DNA of 64,000 bases. It comes from Podarcis vaucheri (lineage: Eukaryota). The notes beneath the pieces are model-generated. The model ran no database searches, was not told where the DNA came from, and worked only from the letters and a program-made list of their open reading frames with translations. Both the position numbers and the translations under genes were made by a program. Within the stretch, counting starts at the first letter, position 1. Each line of letters begins with the position of its first letter. Of this stretch, positions 24,791 to 38,155 are shown piece after piece. The stretch lies in assembly GCA_965113315.1 (NCBI GenBank), contig OZ220364.1; one strand, written 5' to 3'.

Positions 24791-26239
24791 CTGAGTCCCT
24801 GCCTGCTGGGGGCACATAAAGTTAGGGTGGTTCCCCCCCCCAGGGGGCTTACCTAGATTTGAAAGCTGTGTAAACTTTCCTTGCTTCTCCATACACTTCC
24901 TTCTAGAGCCTAGTTTTCAGATTGGTGGTACAGCCAGTGCTATTTTTTCTAGAAAAGGAGGTGCTGGAACTCTCTTACAGTGGCAATGGTGCCCACCTCA
25001 GAGGTGCCGGAAGAGAGTTCCGCTTAGTTCCGGTTGTGGGAGGGGAAAAGCCCTGGGTACAGCCATATCTGGACAGCACTCCTTCAGACTATGGAAGACA
25101 ATTCCCGTAGCTGAATGTAACTGAAAAAGGCCTGGACACACAGAAAACCACCACTCTGATAAGGCAGTCACTGCCTGATAGATTGCAGCTGTCACAGACC
25201 TAGTCAGCACATGAGGCTGCCATGGTCAAATTAGTCTGGGTCTTTCCCAATTCTAAAAGGGGAGCTGTACCAGCTGGAAAGGGCCATCTATGCACCGGCC
25301 ATCCAGACCACAGTGTACCAGAATGGAGGTGGTTTTACGTGCCACAGAAAGGTGCACGCACCCCCATGGCTCCAGATGTCTCAAGAGTCCTTTCAAACAC
25401 ACTCATCTGGCAAGAGATCCAAATACGCGCAGTAGAGGATTTGCTCCCCACCCTGACTGTATTCAAAGGAACATGTGACACAAGTATTACAATCAGCCAT
25501 CTAGCTGTATGTCCACAGGGTCAATTTGTGTGATCAGTCCCCCTCGGGAGAAAAAAAGGGGGGGAGGGAAGAGCACCCAGAATGGTCCTTTGTGTGTACA
25601 GTGTGCTTCTCCCTTTGCACTAAAAAACATTCCTGCATTACTGAAAAATCCCAGAGAGAAGGGGGCTGCGGCTGGTGTCTCTTTCTTTTACTGCATCCAT
25701 AAGCATAATGTTGCAGTGCCAGGCCAACCCAACAAGCAGTATAGATGGATGCCTCAGGCATCAGCAGTCAGCTCTAGGGGAGGGGAGGAGTTACACGTAG
25801 AGAGAGATATCCAGTGGAGTCCTGACTGATGAAAGCAGACAGCTTGTACCTGCTGTAGCTGCAGCTGTCACAGATCTAGTCACACCATGAGTGCCCAAAG
25901 CCTGCTCCCATAATTCACAGATTCCCTGCTACATCACATATTCCCAGGGCCTTGATAAGCATCAATGACTTTCTGAGGATCCTGACTGGACTAACTTGCA
26001 TCTTCATGACAGGTGAGCTCATGAACATTGTCAGACACTGACCCCTGGTCCCACTAGTCCAATACTGTTTACTCTGGCGGACAACAGTACCTCCACCTGA
26101 GTCTCAGGCAAAGGTTTTTGCCAGCTCTGCTAGCAGAGTTCTCTTAACTGGTGATGCCAGGGATTGAAACTGGGATTTCTGCACTTGCATGGAGTGACAG
26201 CCCTTCCCGTAAATCCAGACTTGCTGTGCCTAGATTTGC

Positions 26240-26740
26240 TACTAATCCATTAATCACATCATCCTGCCGCATTCAATAGACAGAGTTCCAGGACTTTCAG
26301 ACAAATCCTTTAGGACAGGTAGCTGAGATCTGTGCTCCACCAGAAAGGTACCTGGTCTAGCCCCTGCAGATGTCATCTGGGTAGTCAATAGCAGACCCAG
26401 ATAGAACGTGTTACAGTAGTCTAGCTGTGAGGTCACAAAAGCATATTTGCTAGGTTTGGGTAGCATTAAAAAAGGTATCCCAAAATGTAGCCAGATGCAT
26501 CATAAGGCTATGAACCAGAAAAGCTAGAGGAGTCGCAGTCTCCCTTCCCCAATATCTGCTTCCTTCATTGCAGTCTTGCCAAGAGCAATCTTCAGTAGCC
26601 TCACATGGATGCAGCCCTTCATAGAAGAATCAAAGTAAGATGTAAAGGGCTGTATCCTAGCAGACTGATGACACACTGAACACTTCACAATCTCATTTAG
26701 TAACTTCATGTTTATTTTCAAAAGGTGATATACTTGGTTG
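26240..26740 (-). mobile_element. Degraded L2 LINE fragment
   Basis: YAFVTSQLDYCNTFYLGL motif typical of L2 ORF2. Confidence 0.65.
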
Positions 26741-29700
26741 GAACCTAATAAGATTCTAGAGCAGGACTCGCCAACACAGTGCCTGCAAAATGTTGGACTA
26801 TTACTCCCATCAGCCTCAGCGAGCTTGGCCAGTGATCAGGGATGAAGGGAATCGTGATTCAACAACACTGCTATCCTAGAGGGGAAATGCCATGAACAGA
26901 TAGATCTATACCCTACAAACTAGCAGTGAGTGAGACCACTCTAAAGGATACAAATGGCGGCAAGGGGCATCATCAAGTCACTCAAACAATATGAACTATT
27001 TGATGAACAATGTGGAAGCCTGCAGAAAGGTTTCATGAGCTCAACAGGTGGAAATGATTTGTTTCCACCTCAAGGTCAAGTTCACTAACAAGGACCACAA
27101 ATGATACGGTCAAGTTTCAGGGAGGAAAAGGGAAACATTTTTAAAGAGTCTAGAAAAAGAAATGGCATTGGGTAACACAGAAGAAACAGAATCAATGAGC
27201 CTTCCTTGGGGAAGGTTTAAAACTAATTCATCACTGGTTAGTAGCTAACATGCTACCTACCTACAGATGATGTTGGGCTATACAGTTCCCAACATCTCTA
27301 ACCACTGGCCATGCTGGCTGGCAGTGTTGGGAGCTCAAAGTTCAACAATTTTCAGAAGGCACCACTTTGGGAGCCTGGACCCAAGATTGATTTTCTCTCT
27401 CTCTCTCTCTCTTTTAACTAGGGACGGAATTACTGTGGGTTTAAGGCTGTCCAGCACTTTCCCAAAATAATCCATTAAAAAAACCACAAAACCACAGCCA
27501 AAGGACCCAATTTCTCCCCGTTTCTATGTCTTTATATGATTTTAGGCGGGGTTGTGTTATCAAAAAGAACGGCGTCTTTTACTTCTCAGAATTGCTTCTG
27601 CTGCTTTTTCAGTGCGCACACACAGAGAGAGCTCAAATCGAGTTCAGGTACAGACATAGTTCATACCACATCCAAGGTTTTAAACAAGCACATTACATGT
27701 CAGGAATAGCATGGAAGAGGATGCCCACCTGCTGCTGTCTCCATCCCTGAGGCTGCAAGGGCTTAAAGCATCAAGGCCTGTCAAAGACATTGCTTCTCTC
27801 AGAAAGCCAATTACCCTGCCCCCTCTTCTTCTTTTAACTGTTTATCCCTCTCCCTTCATGTTACCATACCTGGGTCTCTCTCAGCCCACCCACCGCATAT
27901 GGATGCAGCTCCCACTCAGTGCCTGCAGAGCCATCTGCCGCCGAGTGCTTCCTGTTGCAGTTCAGCTGATTAGCAGCACACAGGAAGCGCCAATCTGGAA
28001 GGTGTGATTTGTCATTCCACTCCAGCCACCCTGCCGTGGGGGCAGCTTCCCACTCGGCTTTGCAGGGCGAGGTTTTCTCCTGACCCTGAGATATTGGCTG
28101 GCTGGATTAGCAGGGAAGCTGCTCCCATAGACCTTAAGCCATTATTAACAAGCTGGAAAGGGTTGTTGCCTGCCTCCAACAGACACTGCCTCCTTCTAGG
28201 AGCCCCATCCATTCACATTTTCAAGCGGCTGCCTGCAGACCCAGGAGCTGCACAGCTTTCCTGTGGGAGTCACATGGCATGTGCTATTCCCCGTTCAAGT
28301 ACTGGCGCAGGAACATTTAGTCCCACGCAGCCACAGTTGGCAAGAGCTTGTGCGAGGCACCCCTTGTTTGCCAAGAGAGGTGTCTGCATTGATTCCATGG
28401 AGTCATGAAAGCGACGTGTGTGCCCTTCTGAGATGAAAGTACAGTGCATGAAGTGACAGCCAAAACCAAGCAAATGACTCCTCCTTTCCAAAGCTGCAGG
28501 TGCCGGGTACCCAAGCGGGTTAGATGGATAACTAGATCTGTTGCAAAGGCAAGACGAGAGGAACTGCTCATGAACAATCTTCCACAGTTGAATTATAAAT
28601 ACTTAACCGGGGGGGGGGGGCTGTGAGGAATTATGGGATGCAGGCGTATCCATAGTTCAAGTGCCATACACACAAAAACCAATGGTCTCACTCTACAAAC
28701 TTTTGGACCTATTCTATTTTCTGTAACCCCTCCTTCCCTCCGCTGACTGCCAGCAGCCTGCTTTATTCTCAAAGGACACCCCTTCTGTCACCTTCCACTT
28801 CATGTGGTAAAATCAGCTTATCATAGCACCACAAATAACACAGTGGACCACAGAGCAGCTAGGGCCTTCCCTCTCCCCCTTGACTGCTGTCTAGCAGCAT
28901 CACTAAGAACAGGATCCAGATGCTCAGTCCTTGGTAGGGCAGTAGAGAACCCAGTGACCTTGCCCTCTTCCCAGTGGCCATGTTCCTTTATGAAAACAGC
29001 AGAGCTAAGCAATGCTTCACCATCTGCTGAGCATCACAAGAACAGATACAGCTGAAACAGGCACAACTTTCATTGAGCAACATCAGTGATGGTAAAGGAG
29101 CATCCAAGCTGTGCTGTTGTTGTTTTTAAAAACTCTCTCACAGAAACAACTGGAAATGCTGAAGCAGCCCAGGGATTCTTACCAGCACACAGTGCAGAAA
29201 ACAATGGTAACAAGACAAACTGCAGCTCCGTAATTGCTAAAACACAACCTAAGGGTGAAGGAATTACAAGTGACTTTCACATGCAATGGACACAAATTGG
29301 AAGAGGCTTTGATAATTGGCTTGCCACCCTGCCTGTGGAGCTGATAAAATTGTAAATAAGATCCAAGAACAGTTATACTGGCATGAGATTTGGTGTCCAA
29401 TTATATTATTCCTGAATGCCTAGTGTGAGCCCCACACTGAACGGCATGTGGGTCTTTACTCGGCTGGACTTTACTCAAACATGCCTGAATGTCACTGTAA
29501 CTGACCTGGAGGTATCAACCACACCAACCTATGTCACTACTTTTAGAAACAAACCTGTTTTCATTTCCATTAGGGCTGGTGTTTTTTTTAAAAAAAGTAC
29601 ATTCACAATTCAAGCTAGTAGCAGCAGAATCGCTGAACTTCATTTGACTTTTGCAAAGATAAAATTCAGATTGGAAGTAGTAGGTGGTTGAACAACCCTC

Positions 29701-29939
29701 ATAAAAATGTAGGCTTTTCGTTCCAAGTTCCTGGCAGCCAGATGATTGCAGAAACGGTTTTAAATTTGCTGCCTCTCCCCGCCGCCGCCGCCTACACAGA
29801 AAATATGAGTCAAATTCATAATAAACACAAGCACGACATTTATTTAGGAAAGTAAAGAAACAATTTAGGATGAGAGGAGAATAAGGAGAAGTGTGGGGCT
29901 AACGTTGTGGGGTGGCCTATTTTAAGCCACTGTCCTTCA

Positions 29940-30660
29940 AGCCCCGCCACGAGGATCTTCGCCTGCAACACATTTTTAAGTGATTTCAAATTCACATTAG
30001 AGTGGGGAAAAGGGTCGGTTTAGAAAGACAAGAGCACGAACAGGCCGGGTGGTCAGAGACGTCCACGCCAAGCCGAGGCTTTGCCTTGCAACACAGGAAG
30101 TCGTGTCTCCAGATAAAAGCGATGACCAGGCTTCCCACTGAGCAGCGCGCGCTGATTTTGACGGGCAGGTCCACAGCCAATGGAAGTAGGCGGGACCGAA
30201 AAGGAACAGCCCCACCCACCCTGGAGGTACCGAGCGGAAGGTGACCGAACTTCCTCCGGGACTGGGCGCAGCGGCATAGGAGATGGAACCACCGGTGAGA
30301 AACGCGGGGGGGGGGAGGGGGGTTCCCCGGGTCCTCCCTCCCCCAAGAGGATGCGGGGTGGGTGGGCTGCGCCCGCCTGAAGCAGCTCCTGGCGCTCGTT
30401 GAGCAGACCTTCCCACAATGCTCCGCGCTGTTTCGGGCGGGCGTGTTTGTGTGTTGGGGTTCCCAGCAGCCCCTTCGGAGGGGCACGAACGTGTGAATGG
30501 ACTCCTTTCTAGCTGTCCGCCTAGGATTGTTCCTGGGGGCGGCATACGGGCCGCGCTCCAAGGCTGCTGGCTCCCTTCCTCTCCCCCAACCTCCGCTTTT
30601 AAGAGCCGCAAGATGAGCACAACTGCAACGTGTGAAACAACTCTTCTCCACAGGCACACC
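29940..30660 (+). promoter_or_regulatory. CpG-island promoter of APEH
   Basis: Dense CpG; CCAAT near 30177, GC box, ETS-type GGAAG motifs upstream of the ATG at 30283. Confidence 0.8.
30283..30294 (+). CDS. APEH: APEH exon 1 (MEPP)
   Basis: gagATGG Kozak context, CCG|gtgaga; 4-codon first exon. Confidence 0.8.
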
Positions 30661-32803
30661 CGGCCAATATGGAGATGTAATTGGGGGTGGGTGGGGAGAA
30701 TGTGGCAACTCTTCTTTATATCTCCAGTCAAAAGAAAAAGTTTCTTCCTTTCGCAGTACTCCCTCCCTCAAAAAATAAAATAAAATCACGTGCACACAAG
30801 GTGGGAACCGTCACAGCTCTAAAACATTTTGTTTTTTAGCGTGTTGACCTGGCATGGTTTAAGAACCCTGAGCGCATGGGTGACTGGATGTGGCATGAAT
30901 TTAGGTTGCTACAGGGGGAAAGTCTTAAGGTGGTGGCGGAGAGAGGGGTGGATATCTTTATTCTTTGTCACCACACTGTTGTTCCCATATATCAAGTGGG
31001 TTATTAGGGTAAGGTTCCTCACTTGCTTCGGAGGACTGAGTGTATGAAGTAGCTGTTGTAGCAGAGAGAACTGGACTTTGAACTCTTGCACTAAAGGAGA
31101 CCTGTTGCTTTAGGGCAGGAGTGGCTGACCTGTGGCTCTTGGACACAGTGTGGCAGGTAGATTGGGTGGAGGTGTCCCTCTGCTCAGCTCTGCTGGCCTC
31201 CACCTGCACAGTGGCATCAGTCTGCCAGTATGGACCCCCCTGTTCTGCCTGCTGAGCCTACAAGTGTATGGAAGTGTCACTGGCAGGATCCCTGTCAGCA
31301 GCTGCCCACACAAAGCCCCAAAATCGGGTGATGTGAAGGCAGGGAAGGGCTGAACCAGCCTGAGATCCATTGCATTGCAAGTCAGCCTCACTGTTGATGG
31401 TACTGGACCCAGTCTCCATCCAACTGCTGCACCAGCTCCAGGCATCCCCACACCTTCCACCCTGGCCAGCCGAAACAGCATGGGTGTAGCTAATCTATAA
31501 AAACCAGCAAAAATACATAGCTAACTGAGGTTCTGCCCTCCCTAACAAAAATCCTGACTGCGCCCATGGCAGCCATGGCAATCTGATAAACAGCGCTTCT
31601 GTCTGCTCAGGGTTTGGACTTTGCAGCCTAAATGATGTTGGACTCTCAACTCCTATCATCTCTGACCATTGGTCATGTTAGCTGAGGTGGAGTCCAACAT
31701 CTGGAGGGCCACAGGTTCCCTATCCTTGGTTTAGAAAAAACACAAAGGGGAGGGGGGGGAGCAGGAAGGATATAGGAAGAGTTCTTCCTGGACACCTTTC
31801 CAAACTAAATTTTGTAGTTGTCAGTGGCCCAGGGTTATTCCCTGATGGCACAAATGAAATGTTAATGAGCAAGGGAGGCAGGGAATGTTTTTAGCCTCCT
31901 CCTATTTAGCTTCAATGACAATTGATGTCCCTCTTTTGCATGGAAGTTGCTGGTTCGGGATCCTCACATGCTTGTGAACTTTTCAGATAGAAGGAGTGAT
32001 AACTGGCCTTTAATTACCATGTGATTGCCTGCCCTGCCTTTCCAAAGTAAATAGTGTGCCAAATGTAGCTATTGAAACTTTGTCCTTCCACAAACCATGT
32101 TTCACTTGCTGCATTAACTTGGGCTGCTGGGCTGATGAATGTATTGGTAGTTGAAAGAGCACTTTTGCTGCAGCACCTGCAACTTGATATAGAACAGACT
32201 TCCTGGTTTTGTCTGTTTCAAAAACAAGTAGACAAGAAACGTCCAGCTCTTGTCTGTTTTGGATTTCAAACTTGGGACAAAACAAGTCTTGTGTGTCACT
32301 TTAAAGATTAACTAAGGACCCAAAAGTTCCAGAAGAAAGGACTTATAAGTAATATAGATTGTGTATTGGTTGTGGTGGGGAATGAAAAAGGAAAACTGAG
32401 CAGGAGACAGGGAGAAACATACATCCTATATCAGTGTGGCAGCTTAATTTGCTCAGAAGCAGGTGATGAGCTTCTCTCTCCTATCTACAGCAGTGATGTG
32501 ATTTTTCCTGTATGCACATCAGTACATCTGCTTAGGTAGGAAAAGAAGTTAGGAGCAGCTGCTACAGCCAACCTTCCTCTAACCTGCAGAAGGTGCAAAG
32601 CCAGGACTGTTATGTCTCCAGCTAGCTGTGTGCTCTCTCTCCTTCAACTCACCAAAGTGGCCCCACCGTACATGCTTCCTGCCCTCTGTTCCAGCTTCTC
32701 ACCTGGAAGCAGTTGGTACTTGCCATGAGCAAAGGTACTTGTGTTGCTTTTACCTGGAGTTTGTCCCAACTAATTACGCTGCTGCTTTCTTTTTATTGTG
32801 CAG

Positions 32804-32933
32804 TTGTTGAATGACGCAGAGGAGATAGCTGCTTTGTATCGTGAGCTTAGCCAGTTCCCATCTCTTTCCAGTGCCTCTATTGGGCCAGAGGTAACAACTC
32901 AGTATGGTGGGAAATACTGCAACGTTTACACAG
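32804..32933 (+). CDS. APEH: APEH exon 2
   Basis: LLNDAEEIAALYRELSQFPSLSSASIGPEVTTQYGGKYCNVYT. Confidence 0.95.
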
Positions 32934-33388
32934 GTAAACCCTCTCCCTCCTAGTTGCCAACATTAGTTGGGACCTGTGTTTATATTGTGATTCACTTTGG
33001 GATGCCTCATTAAAAGCAATGAGTACATTTTTCTTTGCCTTGAACCATCACTCCTGGCAAGATAAACCAGGAGACTAGCTGTCAGCACCAGGGTTTCTGT
33101 GCTTCAGTATCAAACCAACTTTCATCTTCCTCTGATGATCATAAGAAATAAAGCCCAAAGATAGAGCTGTTGGCATTCTTGACCCTGAACCAGGAATGGG
33201 CATGATGGGCCTTTTTACAATGTATAGGCGACCCTATAACTGGGCAGCTTAATGGGATTTAAAACACACAGAGAGAGACTGAAATTAACAGTAAAACAAA
33301 CTACAATCCGCATCATTACATAGTCACAAATCACATTAAAACAGGTCCCTGGGTATGGTCTGAATTCACATGAGGTCACCGCTTTACT

Positions 33389-33500
33389 GAAGCTAAGCAG
33401 GCCTGAGTATGGTCAGTGTCTGGATGGGAGACCACCTGCCAACCACGTTGCAAGCCATGACAGAAGAAGGGTGGGATATAAATGTAAGAAAGTAAATAAA
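33389..33500 (+). mobile_element. 5S rRNA-derived SINE fragment with L2-like tail (not a functional 5S gene)
   Basis: gaagctaagcagg...tggatgggagacc matches 5S internal control A and C boxes, followed by gggtgggatataaat AT-rich tail. Confidence 0.7.
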
Positions 33501-33818
33501 ATATTTTTTTGCAGCAACAAATCAATGTAAAATGGGGGGCAATGGAATAAAATCTGCGGAAGTCAAACTAGGATGAAATCATAACTTTAGACATGGGAAA
33601 ATAAAGTTATTTGACTGGTGTTGGAAATATATTAAGGTAGGTTAACAGGCAAGTCTCTTGTGTGGGGAGGCTTCTCTTGTCTGCTTCTGGTCTCGCCTGA
33701 AATAGTTGGGGGAAGAGAAGGATGGAACAGTGATGTTCGGATTTTTTTGTGGTAGAGGAAGATTGGTTCTTTCTGTGGTAGGCTGGACAGAAACTGAGTT
33801 CTCTCCCTCCCTTTACAG

Positions 33819-33945
33819 AGTGGGCTCAGCGAGACTTGGAAAGAGCTGAAAATATAAAATTCTGCCATCAGTACCTCATCTTCCATGACAGCCACTCCAT
33901 CGTGTACTCAAGCCCCTCTGGCAATTGCACGGAAATCAAGGGAGA
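33819..33945 (+). CDS. APEH: APEH exon 3
   Basis: EWAQRDLERAENIKFCHQYLIFHD. Confidence 0.95.
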
Positions 33946-34872
33946 GTAAGTCTCTTGTTTGTTGTGTTTCACCACGCTTTCTGCAGAAACAGCAGATCAC
34001 TACCCAAAGCCTTGTGCTGAAGGGGGTCTCCCAAGGATCAGCATAGCCTTGAACTTCCAGTCCTGGGATACATGTTCTGCACCAAAACAATCCAAATCCT
34101 TTAATGAGATCAGACTGCTTTATTTTCAAAATTATTTGAGAGTCCTTAATTTTGGACCGAAGGGGCCTCTAAGGCAGCTGACTGAAAATCAGAACACTAA
34201 AACAATGGTTAAGTGCCCTAATCTGCAATATCTAGCACTGTCAGAAGCCACAGGGAAAGACAAAACTGCAAACCTGCCCAGCAGCATATACTTACTGAGC
34301 AGGAACTTCTGGAAATTCCCAGTTTTTACTGCTTACTAAAGATAAGCAGACCTTGGTTGGAAGGGATGTTTCACAGCTGTGGCACCACACTTAAAAAGGC
34401 TCTCTCTTGTATCATCCTGCCCTGGGGAAACATGTAAGGCGAGGTAGTTCTTCTAATACATTATATGTATTGCCATATGTTTACTTTATTATCAAATGGC
34501 AATGGAGATGATCCACACGACCCATCCATCCCTTTCAATATCCTAGCTTGGTGTGCTTCCAAAGCCTCTTGTGTGTGGTGTTTGTTTGTTTGTTGCCCTT
34601 TGCAGCGGCAGGACCCCTTCCTTGGTGTCAGCACTGGCTGTTTCTCTCAGGACAGAGGGGCTGCTCCCTTCAGGCATAGCCAGCATGGCCTGTGATCTGA
34701 ACTGATGGGGAGTTTGCGAGTCCAACAACACCTGGAGGGCCACATGTCCCCTGCTTGTCCTGGAAGGATGGGCACAGTCTGAGCTGCCTTCCTTTCTGGT
34801 ACCTTTTTTGTCCTGGCCTGTGCCTGACCAAAGCCATCTTTCCTAGGCTAACCTTGCTGTTTTCCTTCTTAG

Positions 34873-34963
34873 GCTGCTCAGTCGGGACTCTCCCAGTGGA
34901 GCACAGAAAGCCGTTCTACGAAAGACTAGCAACACCAAAGGCGAAGAGAAACAGTTCCTAGAG
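34873..34963 (+). CDS. APEH: APEH exon 4
   Basis: LLSRDSPSGAQKAVLRK...EEKQFLE. Confidence 0.95.
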
Positions 34964-35272
34964 GTATATATGGCTGGCTTGAAGAAAGCTGAGAGAAGAG
35001 ACATACCCTGGCTCTCTAATAGGTTTCTCCTGTGTAAGGTAGACCTTCCAGAGATGCTCAGTGATTCTCAAACTATCCGTCACGCTTCCAACCCGGGAGG
35101 CAGTTGTATGGCACTCTGACTTGCGTGGCTTTTGCTTCTTTTTGTTTGAAAGGAAAGGGGTCAGTTTGTGGCTCTTTCATGTGGCTCAGAATAGGTCCGG
35201 TCTCTGGGAAGACACTGGGTACATAAGCAAAGGGGTTCAGAGACTAAATGTGCCATGTGTCTGCTCCCACAG

Positions 35273-35348
35273 GTGTGGGAAAAGAACCGCAAGGTGAAGA
35301 GCATCGAATTGACAGCCCTGGAGAAGCATGGCCAAGTGTATGAGGACG
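35273..35348 (+). CDS. APEH: APEH exon 5
   Basis: VWEKNRKVKSIELTALEKHGQVYED. Confidence 0.95.
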
Positions 35349-35526
35349 GTGAGCTTTCCCTGCAGCTCTGTTTCCATTTGTAAGAGACAAGTGAAGAGGA
35401 TAGCTAGGCCCCAACATTCATCCTTTCCTTACAGCTCGGGAGTGCTGGTGGTGGTAGGGCGTTCTCCGATATCCCTGATATGCACTGATAAGGGGAAGTT
35501 ATTTTTGAAAAGGGGACTTGGGAAAC

Positions 35527-35930
35527 TGTCAGGGATCGGTTTGCAGAGAAGGGGGGAGACACCAGAATGTACAGAGAGCATCCTCTGATGAGCAGCTGTA
35601 CTTCGTCAGAGTCAGGGGAAGAGAGACTGTCAGGAGACACGGAAGATGAGAGAGAGAGAAGCCCAATGGCTGCTGTAAAAGAGAGAAAAGAGCAGCTTCC
35701 GGTGCTTAGTTTTTCACGTAAGGAAAGGAAAAGAAGAGGGGGGTTTCCAAGGCTTTTCTGCTGGAGGGGGAACAGGCGAGAACCACTTCCGGAATCTGCC
35801 AGCGATTGAGGCAGACATGCTTTCAAGACCTCTGCACGATACATAAGCTTTTGCACTCAATAAATCCTGTAAAAGACACGCTGGAGTCCTGAGCTGTTAT
35901 CTTCGCAAGCACCCACATATCACCCTGACA
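35527..35930 (+). mobile_element. Solo LTR, 404 bp (Gypsy-like or other 5-bp-TSD class) in APEH intron 5
   Basis: TGTCAGGG...CCCTGACA termini, 5-bp TSD gaaac (35522-35526, 35931-35935), AATAAA 35859-35864. Confidence 0.85.
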
Positions 35931-36004
35931 GAAACCTAGGAATGCTTCTGGTCATTGCATTTTTGATTGAGTGAAATCTGTTGTCATCTTGTTCCCTGCC
36001 CCAG

Positions 36005-36165
36005 ACCAATTTGGCTGCTTGGCCTGGTCACACTCCGAGACGCACCTTCTCTACGTGGCGGAGAAGAAGCGCCCCAAGGCTGAGTCGTTCTTTAAGCCAA
36101 AAGCCCCTGAGCTGAGCAGCGAAGAGGAGCTGGCCAAGACAGAGCGACGAGATAAAGCCATTAAG
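36005..36165 (+). CDS. APEH: APEH exon 6
   Basis: QFGCLAWSHSETHLLYVAEKKRPKAESFF...KAIK. Confidence 0.95.
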
Positions 36166-36572
36166 GTAAAATGAACTTCTGCTTTGCCTTGTGTCCTGCG
36201 AGCCAGTATTTCAGTTTCTCTTCATCATCACCATATGCCATTTTTTTCCATACTCAAAGCATCTCTGTTCATAAGGCAGTGCACTACCAATTACACTTAT
36301 ACCTGAAATGCAGTAAAGCTAATGCTTGCATCTTGAACAGTTGCCTCTGAGGGAGCAGTTGCCTCCAAGGGTGATGTCCCTGCAGTGGAACTGCGGCGTT
36401 TGTAAGCAAATGTGTGTGTGGGCTTCCTCACTCTTCAGGAAGTGGGAAGTACTTGACTGACGCCAAGTTGAAAACCAGTGATGCGGGCCCTGGCAATCTC
36501 CCAGGCAGGTGAGACTCCCTTTGCTGTCACTCGAGCTGCCTCTGCATCAGGCTCTCTCTTTGCTTTTCCTAG

Positions 36573-36710
36573 GGAGAGCAGTTTGTGTTCTACGAAGACT
36601 GGGGGGAGACCCTGGTGGCTAAAAGCACCCCTGTGCTGTGTGTATTGGACATTGAGAGCAACAACGTTTCGGTCCTGGAGAGTGTTCCAGAGCACATCTC
36701 CCCTGGGCAG
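36573..36710 (+). CDS. APEH: APEH exon 7
   Basis: GEQFVFYEDWGETLV...HISPGQ. Confidence 0.95.
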
Positions 36711-37103
36711 GTCAGTACAGGATAAACTGAGGGAGAAGGTTGGCACCCAGGTAAGCCCAGTTGGATAAGGGTATTTTTATTTATTTTAAATACTTGCATT
36801 CTGCCTTCTAGCCCCAAGGAGGGGCTCTAAAAGCAACTTACAGAAGATTCCCACAAGTTTGGTATCTGGAACAGAAACACTGTGGAGTCATCCTCGGTGT
36901 TGCCTGTTACCCCCACCCCCAAAAGTGTTATTTGCCAACTCCGATACTATAATAGCTGTTCCAAAATGGCTAGGATATAGCGGGAAGGACTCTGTGCTTG
37001 CCAGCCAAGATGCTGCTTTCCTGGAAAGATAATTTCAAAATTATCTTCCAAGACAAGAGCCAGGGGGTGTTCCCCATCCATTTAATTCCAGGTTTCCATG
37101 GTA

Positions 37104-37316
37104 CAGTCATACCTCATGTTACGTTTGCTTCACGTTACGTTTTTTCAGGTTGCGTCCCGCGGTGACCCGGAAGTGCCAGAAAGGGTTACTTCCGGGTTTC
37201 GCCACTTTCGCGTGCGCACAATCGCCAAATCGCGCCACACACCTGCGCAGATACAGCGCTTCAGGTTGCGAACGGGCCTCCAGAATGGATCCCGTTTGCA
37301 ACCAGAAGTACCACTG
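37104..37316. mobile_element. Tigger/mariner-type MITE
   Basis: TA-cagt...actg-TA ends with imperfect TIRs, CpG-rich interior. Confidence 0.75.
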
Positions 37317-37444
37317 TATATATTAGCTGGGTCATTATGCATCTGCTGTTGTCTTCCAACCTATCTTAACCCCGCACGCTGGAGATGTGCTAGAGTCACC
37401 CGCCTGCCTCTCCACACCTGACATGGCCTTCCCTTCTCCCCCAG

Positions 37445-37536
37445 GCCTTCTGGGCTCCAGGCGACACTGGGGTGGTGTTCACAGGCTGGTGGCACGAGCC
37501 CTTCCGCCTAGGGTTGAGGTACTGCACCAATCGCAG
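37445..37536 (+). CDS. APEH: APEH exon 8
   Basis: AFWAPGDTGVVFTGWWHEPFRLGLRYCTNR. Confidence 0.95.
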
Positions 37537-38114
37537 GTAAGTTTCCTACCAGGACAAGTAAGAATCCAAATGGGATTGACTATATTAGATAGATGAGGGA
37601 CCAAATGGGGGAGTGGGCCTACGAACATTCTGGAGTCTTTGGGGTTGGAGGTGCTTTGTATGCCTGCAAAACACACCTGTAGCCAGGGAGGATGTGGTCT
37701 TGTGACTATGGAAGAGCTTGTGTGGCTTCATGCAGATGAAGTAGGCACCCAGATTGGACTTGGGCCCTTTTCGATTCTAGAACTTGCCCATTTCCTGTTT
37801 GGGAACCACCCTGCTGCCTCATCAGGAAGAAGTCACCTCTTGACCCTGTCCTTTTAAACAGGGGGGGGGGATTGTTTTTGTTTGTTACTATGTTATGTAT
37901 TTTTGTGATTTTATATTGTAAACCACCCTGTGATCCTCAGATGAAGGTCGGTATAAAAATGTAATTAATAATAGTATTCCTGTTATGTTCCTGTCTGGGT
38001 GATGAATGAGACACTAGCTTGCAGAGAGAAGATAGATGTCCCCACCCCCTTAGCCAGTCTCACGTGGTGCTCTTCCATGTAAGCTCCACTTCTGTTTTGT
38101 GGTTTTCCTTCCAG

Positions 38115-38155
38115 ATCAGCTATCTTCTATGTGGACCTGACAGGTGGTCGTTGTG
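38115..38155 (+). CDS. APEH: APEH exon 9
   Basis: SAIFYVDLTGGRC. Confidence 0.93.

Noticed and set aside
29992-30795. Long antisense ORFs (267 and 244 aa) over the APEH promoter
   Set aside because: GC-rich CpG island is poor in stops; low-complexity translation with no recognisable domain
33389-33440. Functional 5S rRNA gene
   Set aside because: 5' half is missing and the match is diverged; SINE-like tail follows
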